NCBI GenBank assembly: GCA_049970895.1
Contig: JBMFMB010000008.1
Span: 1 to 59,989 of the forward strand
Length of the DNA stretch: 59,989 nucleotides
Direction of reading: 5' to 3'
Source: Candidatus Bathyarchaeia archaeon
GTDB taxonomy: Archaea > Thermoproteota > Bathyarchaeia > Bathyarchaeales > Bathycorpusculaceae
This document shows, piece by piece, positions 48,843 to 58,616 of this stretch. Numbering within the stretch: position 1 is the stretch's first letter; every line of letters starts with the position of its first letter. The notes under the pieces were generated by a model. The model did not search any database and was not told the DNA's origin. It was given only the letters and a program-made list of their open reading frames with translations. A program made the position numbers and the translations under genes.

Positions 48843-49343
48843 TCAGATGGCTTCAGTTAACGTGCAATCCTCAAGGCTTGACTTTAGATTTGTGTACTCT
48901 TCGATTTTGACCCCAAACTCTCTTTCAAGGAAATTTTCAAACGCTTGGAAAACTGGGCTATCCGTAAAATTGAGTTTAACACAAGTATTCCGCCCCTCCG
49001 CGATGGAGCTCAAGTCGTACAGGGCAACCTTTTTTGAAAAGTCGGGATTCTCAAGAAAAAGGTTTATGAGGTTTTCGGGCGGCGTTTCTGAGAAAACCCA
49101 AGCCATGTAAGAGGCCTCCACAACCCGATATGTTAAGCCCTCACGAACAACACACTTTCTGTTTAGGGCAATATTCCGGAAAGATGATGGATGAATGTTT
49201 CTGGTTAATAGGAAATTGTGATATTTGCTATCAACTTCAACCCAATCTTCATTTTCAGAGGTTTTCCAACCGCGGAACCTGCAATTTTCTTTAAATTTTT
49301 TTAGAATTTCCCAAATCCTTAATGTTTTCATCTTTAGCCACAA
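48843..49343 (-). CDS. Hypothetical protein
   Basis: 166-aa ORF, no recognised motif. Confidence 0.7.
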   Translation of the reverse strand: MWLKMKTLRIWEILKKFKENCRFRGWKTSENEDWVEVDSKYHNFLLTRNIHPSSFRNIALNRKCVVREGLTYRVVEASYMAWVFSETPPENLINLFLENPDFSKKVALYDLSSIAEGRNTCVKLNFTDSPVFQAFENFLEREFGVKIEEYTNLKSSLEDCTLTEAI

Positions 49344-49648
49344 GCCTCTCTGTTAGAATCTTCTGGAAGAATATTCTATCCCACAGATTTAAACTTATTT
49401 GTCAGTTTACCTGCAAAAATGAAGATTAAATTTTAAAAAATTGAAAAATTGTAGATTAAAAATTATTTTTCAGACAATTTTCCGAGGAATAAAAAGTGAA
49501 AGTTTATGAGGACTTTTAAAGACGCGTGTTTCACCGCGTAGATTAACAGTGCAATTTTGTTGCTTTTTCTAGCGCTATTTAATCGAACACTTTCCAAAAT
49601 TTCAAACAATTTTCTACACTTTTCCGGCAATAAACAATATATTATCAC

Positions 49649-50233
49649 GTGTACCTAAGTAGAAGCACTAGCAGGGTTAGGGGATTGCGCGTCAAAAACA
49701 ACACGTTAAGTCTAGACCCGACAGACATTAGAATATTGGAGATTCTGCAGGAAGACGCTAGACAAACCTACACAACTATTGGCAAACGTCTCGGAATAGC
49801 CCATTCAACAGTCTACGACAGGATAAAAAGGATGGAGCAACATGGCATAATAAAAAAGTACACGACGCTTATAGACGCTGAAAAGGCTGGAGCCAAAACC
49901 ATAACAGCAATAATTACAATAATTACAGACCCGAAAGAAAGCGAGAAAGTGGCAGAAAAACTTTGCAGAACTCCCCAAGTGACAGAAGTCTACACATCCC
50001 TTTCAGAAGAACTTCAAATAATAGCAAAAGTCATAGCTGAAAACCAGGAAAGCCTCCACGAGTTTATAGCCACCACAGTGGCGCCGCTCCCCGGAGTCCT
50101 GCGAATACGCACTTCAATAGTTACAAAAAAGTTTAAGGAAACCCAACCTTTAATAACGAATGACCCGAAAAAGTTAACACCAGCAGAGAACAGAAATAGC
50201 AGTAAGAAGGGAGAAAAAAGAAGTGAAAAATGA
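49649..50233 (+). CDS. Lrp/AsnC family transcriptional regulator
   Basis: LDPTDIRILEILQEDAR...STVYDRIKRM HTH plus RAM domain; start uncertain. Confidence 0.92.
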   Translation: MYLSRSTSRVRGLRVKNNTLSLDPTDIRILEILQEDARQTYTTIGKRLGIAHSTVYDRIKRMEQHGIIKKYTTLIDAEKAGAKTITAIITIITDPKESEKVAEKLCRTPQVTEVYTSLSEELQIIAKVIAENQESLHEFIATTVAPLPGVLRIRTSIVTKKFKETQPLITNDPKKLTPAENRNSSKKGEKRSEK

Positions 50234-50561
50234 AACAGAACTGAAAACATTAAAAACTGTTCCGAGAGAGAAAGCCTTCTACTTCTTCACCTCGATAGGA
50301 AATTATACTGGAAAAAACGCCTCATCACTAAAGGAGTTTATGGAAAAAATAAAGGAAGTTAACGTAAAATCTTTGGAGTTTCACCTCTACCGCGGAGACT
50401 TCGAGAAATGGATAAACGAAGTCCTAGAAGACGCGGCGCTTGCCGAAGAAATAAGAAAATTGAAAATGGCAAACTTAACCGGGGAAAACCTGCGAAACCA
50501 ACTATACTTGACCGTGGCTAGAGAGTTAAAGCGCTTAGTAGGCTCCATTTCAACCATATAA
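50223..50561 (+). CDS. DUF5752-like small protein
   Basis: KAFYFF, ASSLKEF, SLEFHLYRGDFEKWI. Confidence 0.78.
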   Translation: MKNETELKTLKTVPREKAFYFFTSIGNYTGKNASSLKEFMEKIKEVNVKSLEFHLYRGDFEKWINEVLEDAALAEEIRKLKMANLTGENLRNQLYLTVARELKRLVGSISTI

Positions 50562-51445
50562 GAAATTTTCGGCATCGTTAATTTCATAGAGAAGCCTGAA
50601 GCCTCCGCCTCCTTAATTAAACCTGATATTTTTAAGCTTCCAGCAGATTCTGGATAGAACTTGAAAGAAGCCCCATATACTGGGTCTGTACCGATATTTT
50701 TGACAGCCTCTTCAATAGTTTTGGTTTCACATAGAAGCCCTTTCATCAGTTTTATGGTTTGCTCGTCTGAGTGTGACACCGAAACCCAGCTAGACCAGCC
50801 AATATACACTTTTGCCTTTTTCACATCAACAAATGCCCTTGCCATAGCTAAACCCGCTCTTTGATTTAAAGTTTGACAACCCATCGCGATAACTATGCTT
50901 TTGGGGAATGTACCCTCCAACTCTTTTACAAAATCTGATGTGAAAGCGAAATACTTCTTAATTGTTCCAGAAATATTCAGTACGCCCATAACAAGAAGCC
51001 CCTTGGATTGCAATTCTTCATATTTCTTGTCATCATAGTACTCGGATGTGAAGAAATCCACTGCCGAGTCATTTTTCCGCAATGCAGCATGGGTTCTTAA
51101 AATTATTATGCCATAATTGCCCTTAGCCAGTCCTTTAAAAAATTCAACCTTTGTCTGGGTATGATTGTAATATTCAACTTTAAAACCGGATTCATTTAAA
51201 ATATTGGTTACGGTATGGACGAAGGTTTTGTTGTAAAAATCTTCGCTGAGCTGGTCGATTATTGCAGCTTTAAGCGAAAACTTAACTTCGCCCTCTGAGG
51301 CTCGCCAGAGAAGCTGATAAAGCACTGCGCCTAGGATTATTGTGGCTGCCAGAGTTATTGAAATTATCAACAATTTCCTATTTAGAGGTGGTTTCCTTAC
51401 CTCTTTTCCTTGAACCTTTTTAATTTTCCTAGTCTTTTCAGGCAT
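50387..51445 (-). CDS. Membrane-anchored protein, possible clan CD (caspase/gingipain-like) peptidase fold
   Basis: N-terminal TM; IIILRTHA and IVIAMGCQT resemble His/Cys dyad strands; YIGW. Confidence 0.6.
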   Translation of the reverse strand: MPEKTRKIKKVQGKEVRKPPLNRKLLIISITLAATIILGAVLYQLLWRASEGEVKFSLKAAIIDQLSEDFYNKTFVHTVTNILNESGFKVEYYNHTQTKVEFFKGLAKGNYGIIILRTHAALRKNDSAVDFFTSEYYDDKKYEELQSKGLLVMGVLNISGTIKKYFAFTSDFVKELEGTFPKSIVIAMGCQTLNQRAGLAMARAFVDVKKAKVYIGWSSWVSVSHSDEQTIKLMKGLLCETKTIEEAVKNIGTDPVYGASFKFYPESAGSLKISGLIKEAEASGFSMKLTMPKISYMVEMEPTKRFNSLATVKYSWFRRFSPVKFAIFNFLISSASAASSRTSFIHFSKSPR

Positions 51446-51493
51446 GAATAGAACGGTCCTTTAGCCTTTTAAAGGTAATTATGGATAGGGGGT

Positions 51494-51910
51494 TTAGAGT
51501 TTGTGAGGATCTATTCTCTTTATTCCTGGTATCGCATCGAACACTTCATCCGTTGAGATTATGGTGTGGTCTGGAACTTGGTTGAGGGCTGTGGCTGCAT
51601 AATAAGCGTCGAATATTGACTCTATCCGATATTGCCTCAATAATGCTAGGGCTAGTAGGTCTATTTGGTATGTTGTTTCAACAAATTTTAGGTTCTTTAT
51701 GGCTGTTAGCGCTGCGGCTCTGGATATATACTCGTCTAGGCTAACCCCCTCCTTCATTGAAACATAATATAGCTCGTGGAGGGTTTCCCTTGAAGCATAC
51801 ACTAGACCTAATTCCCCATTAACTATTTTTGTTATAACGTTGTCTGCAACCGGCTTAAGCCTATCTTCCTTCTTAACATAGGCATAAAGTATGTCTGTTT
51901 CAATCATCAA
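51494..51910 (-). CDS. vapC: PIN-domain (VapC) toxin
   Basis: IETDILYA, ETLHEL, FDAYYAATA, IISTDEVFD. Confidence 0.9.
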   Translation of the reverse strand: MMIETDILYAYVKKEDRLKPVADNVITKIVNGELGLVYASRETLHELYYVSMKEGVSLDEYISRAAALTAIKNLKFVETTYQIDLLALALLRQYRIESIFDAYYAATALNQVPDHTIISTDEVFDAIPGIKRIDPHKL

Positions 51911-52164
51911 ATTTGTTTTCTCCTCTCCGCCCGTTTAACTGCGCTTTCCATGGCGGATTTTTCAGCTAAGATCTTCAGCTCTTTCCTTTGTCGTTTGGAT
52001 GGAAGCCATGAACGAGCATGCTCATGTGGTTTGGTGGGAAGCGGAATCGTTATGAAAAATGAACCTGCTGGAATCACTATCGCCCTTGTCTTTTTAATTC
52101 CAAATTCCTTTGGGATAGTCATTCTTCCCCTGTCATCAACTGTGACCATCGCCATTGTCTTCAT
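51907..52164 (-). CDS. vapB: AbrB/SpoVT-type antitoxin (VapB)
   Basis: VTVDDRGRMTIPKE; ATGA overlap with the PIN gene. Confidence 0.85.
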   Translation of the reverse strand: MKTMAMVTVDDRGRMTIPKEFGIKKTRAIVIPAGSFFITIPLPTKPHEHARSWLPSKRQRKELKILAEKSAMESAVKRAERRKQI

Positions 52165-52225
52165 CCCCCAAAAAATGTTTTAACCCACAAATATAAAATT
52201 TGCCCAAAATAGGACGAAACCTACT

Positions 52226-54703
52226 TTATTTCCACCTGCGTTTTGTTAGACTTAGAACCGAGCTGAACAAGACTATTAGCATTGTGTAGGCAACTATGGG
52301 CGTTTTTGGAGCATCTTTAGCCAATGAGACTGAATATCCGCCTACTGGTACTGAGGAAACTGTTACTCTTGCTGGGTCTGACCGGGCTGTGTTGCCCGCC
52401 GAGTCTGTGACCTTTAGCACCACGTAGTATATGCCTGTTGCTGTGGGTGTAAACGTCCAACTACTGGATGTGGCTCCTGTTACTGGTTGGTTGTTTAGGT
52501 ACCATTGGTATGTGTATGGTGATGTTCCGCCGCTAACCGTTGAGGTGAAAGTTACCTGTTGACCTACAAGTATCGAGGCAGTCGTGGGGCTTATTGAAAC
52601 TGTTAATGGTGGTGGAGCCGTTTTAAAGAAGGCTTTTAGGATATAGTTGGCGTTCATGGTTACCATGTATGTTGTTGCTGTTCCCACGTTTGTGCCGTTA
52701 AGCTCCCAATGGTCGAAAACGTAGCCGGAGCTTGTATTGGCTGTAACCTGAACGGTTGAGCCTGCAGTGTATGTGTATGTTCCAGGGGCGGGGTTTGTGG
52801 TTCCGCCCGTTGTTGTTTCAATTGTAAGCGTGTAGGTTATTTTTGTGTAATGGGCTGTGGCTGTGTGGGAAGCATTCATTTTCACTGTTATTGGGTTTAC
52901 TCCGCTTCCTTGGGATGCGCCGTCTATATCCCAGTAGCTGAATTGGTAGTTTACAACTGTGGGGGCGTTTAATGAAACGTTTGTGGAGTTATCGTACCAG
53001 CCTTCCCCCGGAATTGTTGTGATGCCAGCTGGGTCTGTTTTCACTGTTAGGTAATATTGGATTTTGTAGTGTGCTATAGCCGTGTGATTTTTGTCCATGA
53101 GAACCGTGATTTGGTTGATGCCCTCGCCCTGGGATGCGCCGTCAACCGTCCAGTGGGTGAATTTGTAGCGTATGCTGGTTGAAATTAAAACCGTGTCTGG
53201 TGCTGCTAAGCTGACATTTGTGTTTTCATCGTACCATCCCTGTCCAGGAATGGTTGTGACACCGGTAGGATCAGTTTTAACCTCCAAGTAATATCTTATG
53301 GGAACAACTGTGATCGTTTTTGTCTCCGTGTCCCACCTGCCTTCACTATCTGTGACGTTTAAGGTTACCGTATAAGTTCCAACGGCTGTGTAATAGTGTG
53401 TTATTATGGGGTCGGCTTCAACCGTTATTGGGGTTCCATCGCCGAAGTTCCAAGCGTAGCTTATGATTGTGCCGCCGTCAGGGGCTGATGTTGAAGCGTC
53501 AAAGGTGACGTTTTCGTACCTTTGCGGGTAGTATGGCGTCCACCAGAAGTCTGCTATTGGAAGGCCTGCAACTGTAATTTGCTTAGATGTGATGTCCCAT
53601 TTGCCTTCGCTGTCTGTGACGTTTAGCGTCACCGTGTATGTTCCATATGTTGAGTATGCATGGGTTATTATGGGGTCCGATACTGTTGTGGTGTTTCCAT
53701 CTCCAAAGTTCCACGTATAACTTATAATTGTGCCCCCGTCTGGAGTGGATGATGAAGCGTCAAAAGTTACTGTTTCATGTGCAAGAGGATCCGTTGGTGT
53801 AAATGTGAATGACGCTATTGGATGCTGGCTTACGTGTATTGTGGACGCTGCTTCACCGGTCAATCCACTATTATCTGTCACTTTAAGTGTGACCGTGTAG
53901 TTTCCAAATGTTGTGTAGGTGTGGTTTGTCACAGGAACGCTTGTTGTAACGCTTGGTGTTCCGTCGCCGAAGTTCCATGTGTAACTGACTATGTATCCAT
54001 CTGGGTCATAGCTTTCTGTGGCGTTAAATGTTACTATTTCGTTGGTCTCTGGATATTGAGGTGTGTAACAGAAGCTTGCAATTGGGCGCTGAGGGGGAGG
54101 GGGACCAGGTTGTAGCAGAACGGTTGAATCTTCCGATATTCCATTACGTGTTATGTCGCCCACCTTCTTTGGTGGAGGTAGACTGACCTTGCTTCCGTAA
54201 GCGTCAAAGTGTATCCTCACATTTGTGGCGTTTGAAACTGTTATCGAAACTATCAGGTCAACATATCCCTTCCTTTCAATTGTTCCAACATTTACGAGCG
54301 TGTCGTTAAACCATGTTGGGTAAACATCGCCTGAGGGCCATGTCCAAATGTTGTATGGTGTTGGCTTCCCATACTTGAATGCTGACTTCGGGACTTGTGT
54401 ACCATTTACAATGAATGTTTCGAGGTTGTTATATCCCTCATCGTTAAGCGCAATAATAAGGTGTGTATCGTATGATCTGATTGATTCGCTTGTGTCTTTA
54501 ATTCTCAAAATGAAGGTTTGGGATGCTCCTGTAAGGTTGAGGAGCCAACATTCGCTTAGCCATGGGTCATTGTTGTAATTGACATATGTCCCCTTCGGCA
54601 GAGAAACTTTCAGGATGGCTGCGGGGTCAGCTAAAACTTGGGATATTAGCATGGGAGAGAGCATCATGAAAGCTATTATACAAAACAGAAAAAGTCGTTT
54701 CAC
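52226..54703 (-). CDS. Secreted/surface protein: signal peptide, N-terminal beta domain, 3 PKD domains, 3 InlB-B-like repeats, Ig-like domain, C-terminal TM anchor
   Basis: Three SY(T/A)WNFGDG...YTVTL PKD repeats; GWYD/FxxW repeats; many NxT/S sequons; probable GTG start at 54703 after a G-rich RBS (ORF track extends to 54757). Confidence 0.9.
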   Translation of the reverse strand: MKRLFLFCIIAFMMLSPMLISQVLADPAAILKVSLPKGTYVNYNNDPWLSECWLLNLTGASQTFILRIKDTSESIRSYDTHLIIALNDEGYNNLETFIVNGTQVPKSAFKYGKPTPYNIWTWPSGDVYPTWFNDTLVNVGTIERKGYVDLIVSITVSNATNVRIHFDAYGSKVSLPPPKKVGDITRNGISEDSTVLLQPGPPPPQRPIASFCYTPQYPETNEIVTFNATESYDPDGYIVSYTWNFGDGTPSVTTSVPVTNHTYTTFGNYTVTLKVTDNSGLTGEAASTIHVSQHPIASFTFTPTDPLAHETVTFDASSSTPDGGTIISYTWNFGDGNTTTVSDPIITHAYSTYGTYTVTLNVTDSEGKWDITSKQITVAGLPIADFWWTPYYPQRYENVTFDASTSAPDGGTIISYAWNFGDGTPITVEADPIITHYYTAVGTYTVTLNVTDSEGRWDTETKTITVVPIRYYLEVKTDPTGVTTIPGQGWYDENTNVSLAAPDTVLISTSIRYKFTHWTVDGASQGEGINQITVLMDKNHTAIAHYKIQYYLTVKTDPAGITTIPGEGWYDNSTNVSLNAPTVVNYQFSYWDIDGASQGSGVNPITVKMNASHTATAHYTKITYTLTIETTTGGTTNPAPGTYTYTAGSTVQVTANTSSGYVFDHWELNGTNVGTATTYMVTMNANYILKAFFKTAPPPLTVSISPTTASILVGQQVTFTSTVSGGTSPYTYQWYLNNQPVTGATSSSWTFTPTATGIYYVVLKVTDSAGNTARSDPARVTVSSVPVGGYSVSLAKDAPKTPIVAYTMLIVLFSSVLSLTKRRWK

Positions 54704-54808
54704 TATGAAGTTCAACTCCCCCTCCCCATCAGCATCTAAGTTTAGGCGATTATACAATAAAAAGATTCTGGAACAATCTTCTATATTATGCTCCTAAATG
54801 AGGGGGGT

Positions 54809-55630
54809 TCATACCTTTAGATGGTGTTTTAGGTTTAGGCTGCGGAAAAGTTTCTCTGGTCTGTGAAACTCCTCTGTGGCTTTCAGGAGCCATATATTTT
54901 TGGCTTTGGCTTCCTCTATTAGTTCTTCCATTGGCAGTGAAGTGTAAATGACGAGTATGAGTTTGCTTCTAAGCTTTTCAGGGTGATTTTTCCTTAGCTT
55001 TTCAAGCTTCTCCAACAGCTCATCTGCTAGTTTTGCTCCAGCCCTCACCGTAGCCTCCCCGATTAGGCACGTGTCTTCGTTTACTCCGTAAAGGTTTAAT
55101 TCCACGTCTGGAAGAGTTAAGGATGATATATCCATTGTTATGCCCATCTCTTTTATTTTATGTTTAATAACTGACCTTGCCTCGTCTTCTATGTCTAACG
55201 TTAATTTCTCCAATGTCCTTTCAACTCTGCCCAGCCTTACATTGATTTTCTGAATTTCACCTAACATTTTGTTAAAGTCTTCTCTAAGGTTGATCTGCTC
55301 TTGTCTAAATTTAACCTGCTCCTCCTTAATTGCGGCTATTTCCAATAAAATTTTATTCTGCTCCTCCCTAAGCCTAACCTGCTCTTCACCAAGCTTAACC
55401 TGCTCCTCCCTAAGGCTAACCTGCTCTTCGCTAAGCCTAACCTGCTCTTCTTTGATTGCGACTAACTCTTCCCAAATTTTACTCTGCTCCTCTCTGAGCT
55501 TAACCTGCTCTTCGGCAATAGCGTCTAACCTCTTCAATACCTCTGATAATCCTAGGTAACCTGCCACGGCATAACGAAACTCTAGGTCCTTTTCGAGAAG
55601 CTCAAGAATTTCCTTTTTTAAGGCTTCCAT
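54809..55630 (-). CDS. Coiled-coil heptad-repeat protein with C-terminal PD-(D/E)XK-like domain (DUF3782-like architecture)
   Basis: LLEKDLEFRYAVAGYLG N-terminus, EEQxxLx repeats, VELNLYG...LIGEATVR. Confidence 0.78.
   Translation of the reverse strand: MEALKKEILELLEKDLEFRYAVAGYLGLSEVLKRLDAIAEEQVKLREEQSKIWEELVAIKEEQVRLSEEQVSLREEQVKLGEEQVRLREEQNKILLEIAAIKEEQVKFRQEQINLREDFNKMLGEIQKINVRLGRVERTLEKLTLDIEDEARSVIKHKIKEMGITMDISSLTLPDVELNLYGVNEDTCLIGEATVRAGAKLADELLEKLEKLRKNHPEKLRSKLILVIYTSLPMEELIEEAKAKNIWLLKATEEFHRPEKLFRSLNLKHHLKV
55290..55515 (-). repeat. Degenerate 21-bp tandem repeats encoding EEQVxLx heptads
   Basis: Recurrent AACCTGCTC(T/C)TC units at 21-nt period. Confidence 0.85.
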
Positions 55631-56147
55631 TTTCCCAATTATAAACAGTTAAAAGTTGTATTTAAATGTGAATTTGCTGGATGAGGCTTTCCCAAGCTTG
55701 TTAGGGGTGACTTATGTAGTGTGGATGGGATGGAGTGTTGCATATTCAAAATTGTTCTCGGTGTTTCTCCGACGTTGCCTTTGCTGATAGTGCTGTCAGT
55801 TGTTTGAGGTCTAAATAGTTCCTCACGACCTGTCAGCCTTTTCGATTCTTAGGACGTGTATCGAAATCTGAGCGTATGTTGGTCCACTCCTTCTGGATTT
55901 TATCTTTTTAGAGGCTTCGCCAATCAAATACGCTTTTTGCAATTTTAAACCCTTTTCGATTTATAATATTATTCAGAATTCCAAATATTTTTATAATGCA
56001 CTTTTTATCAGCCATTCTGAACCCACCCCCTACCTGGAACCCTCATAACCGGCGCGTTTCGTGAAGTTTTTGGATAGTTTAGACATGAGGAGAGGCTTGA
56101 AATTTTATATGGTTTTAAGTCCACGTTTGGCTTGCTGGCGCCATTAT

Positions 56148-56957
56148 TTATCTGAGAGCCCTTTTAGTGTATATCGCATATAAATCTGTGTTTTGTAGAA
56201 TTTGTTGATACACCCTTCTCTCCCAGGCTTTCCTTTGATTTTCATTTTGCCAGTATATGGATACACCATCCTTAAGCACTTTTGCGATCAGCGGGTAATC
56301 CATGGTGTTTAATGATGCTATGTCAACCATGCTTGATGGAACCCCAAGTTTTCTAGCCACGTCTATTGCTAACTCTGCTTCCCTGAGGATTCCCACGTTT
56401 TCGCCCTCAAAGAGCACAGCTATGTCATAGTCACTGTCAACTCTGAAACTTCCTCTACTCCTGCTCCCGAAGAGATACGCCAACAAAACTGAGTGTTTTT
56501 TGAAAACCTCAGTCAAACTCGCCAGTTTTTCCACGTCTAAAAAGTGCCGCTTGTTTTCAGGGTCGAAGCCCCTTTCCATAACCGTTTTACTTAAGGATTT
56601 TATTAGTTTCTCAACTTTCGGGAAAAACTCTTTAACTATGGCTTCAAGGCTTTCAGCCGGAACCCTTCGATATGCATGCGCAAGCGTGTTTCTTAGGACA
56701 GCAACTTTCTCGACTATTTGAACAAAGCTTTCGCCTATAACTCCACCTTCATGGAGAACCTTTCCAAGCTCGGAGTAGGCTGAAGGTTTACTTAAACCTA
56801 AATCTGCAATAATCATGGACATGGCATCCAACGTGTTCTGCAGAGCCGCGTACGTTTCCAACCTTAAGGCTGAAGATTCAATTTCTGAAGAGGGCTTAAT
56901 GCTCTTAGCCCTTTCAACACATTTTAAAGCTTCCGAAAGTATCATTCTAACTTCCAA
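56148..56957 (-). CDS. Fused HepT-like RNase (DUF86 HEPN) plus MntA-like nucleotidyltransferase
   Basis: N-half RNTLAHAY (R-x4-H-x-Y); C-half AYLFGSRSRGSFRVDSDYD (GS-x10-DxD). Confidence 0.88.
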   Translation of the reverse strand: MEVRMILSEALKCVERAKSIKPSSEIESSALRLETYAALQNTLDAMSMIIADLGLSKPSAYSELGKVLHEGGVIGESFVQIVEKVAVLRNTLAHAYRRVPAESLEAIVKEFFPKVEKLIKSLSKTVMERGFDPENKRHFLDVEKLASLTEVFKKHSVLLAYLFGSRSRGSFRVDSDYDIAVLFEGENVGILREAELAIDVARKLGVPSSMVDIASLNTMDYPLIAKVLKDGVSIYWQNENQRKAWERRVYQQILQNTDLYAIYTKRALR

Positions 56958-57150
56958 GCTTCTTCACCGCATAGATGCCAAACGCCCATACTAGAATGGA
57001 ACATGCGGATTAAATAGTTTTACTTAATTCTACGGCTCGCATGGTTTGTTACATTGGATTAGGACGAGTAACACCACATAGTTAAGGTTTTTCCACTTTG
57101 GAAAATGATTTAGGCTATCTTGCGCATGTTTCGTGTTTGCGGTTTAGCGG

Positions 57151-57333
57151 ATGATTTCAATGGTTGCTGTTCTTTTGAGGTGTGGCGGAAATGAAAAGTG
57201 GGTTAGTAGGCATTATGAAGAGTTGAAGAAGTGTGTGGATGAGTGGGTTGCAGTTTTGAATGGGACTGTTGTTGATCATGACGTAACTTGGACAAGCTTG
57301 TTGTTAGAGGCTTTTTCCAAAGCGGGGTTTTAA
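57151..57333 (+). pseudogene. DUF5678-like small protein, probably degraded
   Basis: NEKWVSRHYEELKK-x-VDEWVAVLNGTVVDHD then loss of similarity. Confidence 0.55.
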
Positions 57334-57347
57334 AGGTGCTAGTTGCT

Positions 57348-57818
57348 TTAAGTTGAAAACTCCCGGTCACTTTCCGAAGTGATGTGGAGTTTCCATCCGT
57401 TGCAAGTTTTTTCGGGTTTAAGTTTCTCTATGGTTTGTTTCAGCTTTTCCCTTATCCCTTTCATGTAGCTTTTTTCTGCGTATATTATTATGCCTTCGGT
57501 TAGGGCGTCTAGGGCTGTCATTCTGCCATGGGATAGCATTTGTTCGAATTCCCGCATTGTGTATATGCGCGGTTCCACTGGGAAACCGTGGACGACTATT
57601 TGCAGGGGTTTCGCCCTCTCTGTGAATTTTGGATGTGCCGATTCTGAGATTACGAGCAGGTCTATGTCGCTTCCCTGGTGCCAGTCTCCCCTCGCGATGC
57701 TCCCATACACAATGGCGAGTTTAGGCTTAAGCTTCCCCCTTGATTCTTCAATTATCCTTCTAAGTTCTTGAATGATTTTTTGGCGTAGTTCACTATTTTT
57801 TCCGACGATTTTAGGCAT
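57348..57818 (-). CDS. MNT nucleotidyltransferase
   Basis: VYGSIARGDWHQGSDIDLLVIS. Confidence 0.9.
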   Translation of the reverse strand: MPKIVGKNSELRQKIIQELRRIIEESRGKLKPKLAIVYGSIARGDWHQGSDIDLLVISESAHPKFTERAKPLQIVVHGFPVEPRIYTMREFEQMLSHGRMTALDALTEGIIIYAEKSYMKGIREKLKQTIEKLKPEKTCNGWKLHITSESDREFST

Positions 57819-58177
57819 TTTTCAGCGTCCTCCCTTGAGTAGAGCTCATATGCGGGTGTGGGCATACCTGGGTGAAGGTTTGGATACCTTGTAGGAGCGT
57901 AGTGCCTATCTAACGTGCGAGCATCCTCATAGAATTCGTCGTGCTTCGTGTTCGCTACTTTTTCCAGATTTTTCACAAGCGCTAGGATTGAGTGCCCCCT
58001 CGCCTCCACCCCTTTCTCGTATAACATGGCTTTAACAGCTTTTTCGGCGGCTTGCTGCGAGTGAAAGCATGAGGCGGAGTAATGTCCACTTTTAAGCAGA
58101 TCCTCAGCTACACTAAGGTCTTCAATGGCGTCTTTTAGCCACCTTAAAGCCTCTTTCTTCCAATAATCCACGGGCAC
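57752..58177 (-). CDS. HEPN domain protein
   Basis: SCFHSQQAAEKAVKA, GHSI, LDRHYAPTRYPN. Confidence 0.92.
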   Translation of the reverse strand: MPVDYWKKEALRWLKDAIEDLSVAEDLLKSGHYSASCFHSQQAAEKAVKAMLYEKGVEARGHSILALVKNLEKVANTKHDEFYEDARTLDRHYAPTRYPNLHPGMPTPAYELYSREDAEKCLKSSEKIVNYAKKSFKNLEG

Positions 58178-58616
58178 CCGCTGAAATATTTGAAGGCTTA
58201 CACCTATTTAAGGCTAACACAACGAACATTTACGGAAAGTTTACACTCTCTAATAATGCTTCCACAAGCAGTCCGCTAAATCTTATTGCTAGGTATGACG
58301 GTGTTTGAAGCATAGCCTATTCATAAAATTTCGCTCTTATGTGGCTGAAGCCCCCATCTTTTGAAACCTAAAAATGCTTACATTTTGCCCTGCATTTTAA
58401 TGTTGGATTAATGCGCGTAAATTGGTTTGCCAGCTGTTGTACGCTAAGTCCAGCTGTGAGGCTGAGGCAAAATGGCTCATGACTACATCATTGTCGTGTC
58501 GAATTCAGCCCATAGTATTCCCTAGATCTGCTCTTTACAGCTCTATTGCGTCTTTCACGATTCTATACGCCCGCACATGTTATTTTATGGCTATATTTTT
58601 GAGTATAGCGTCCTTT

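Noticed and set aside
50387-50561. 175-nt antisense overlap of two CDSs as a functional feature
   Set aside because: The last 58 or so residues of the minus-strand ORF look like incidental run-on through the convergent gene
53280-54070. DNA direct repeats as possible DGR template/variable repeats
   Set aside because: They correspond to three PKD domain copies; no reverse transcriptase in the window and no obvious adenine-specific pattern
55290-55515. Possible CRISPR array
   Set aside because: 21-bp degenerate tandem units without unique spacers, in frame within a CDS; no cas genes in the window
55640-56140. Possible gene remnant in a 500-bp gap
   Set aside because: Translated fragments gave no motif I could recognise with confidence
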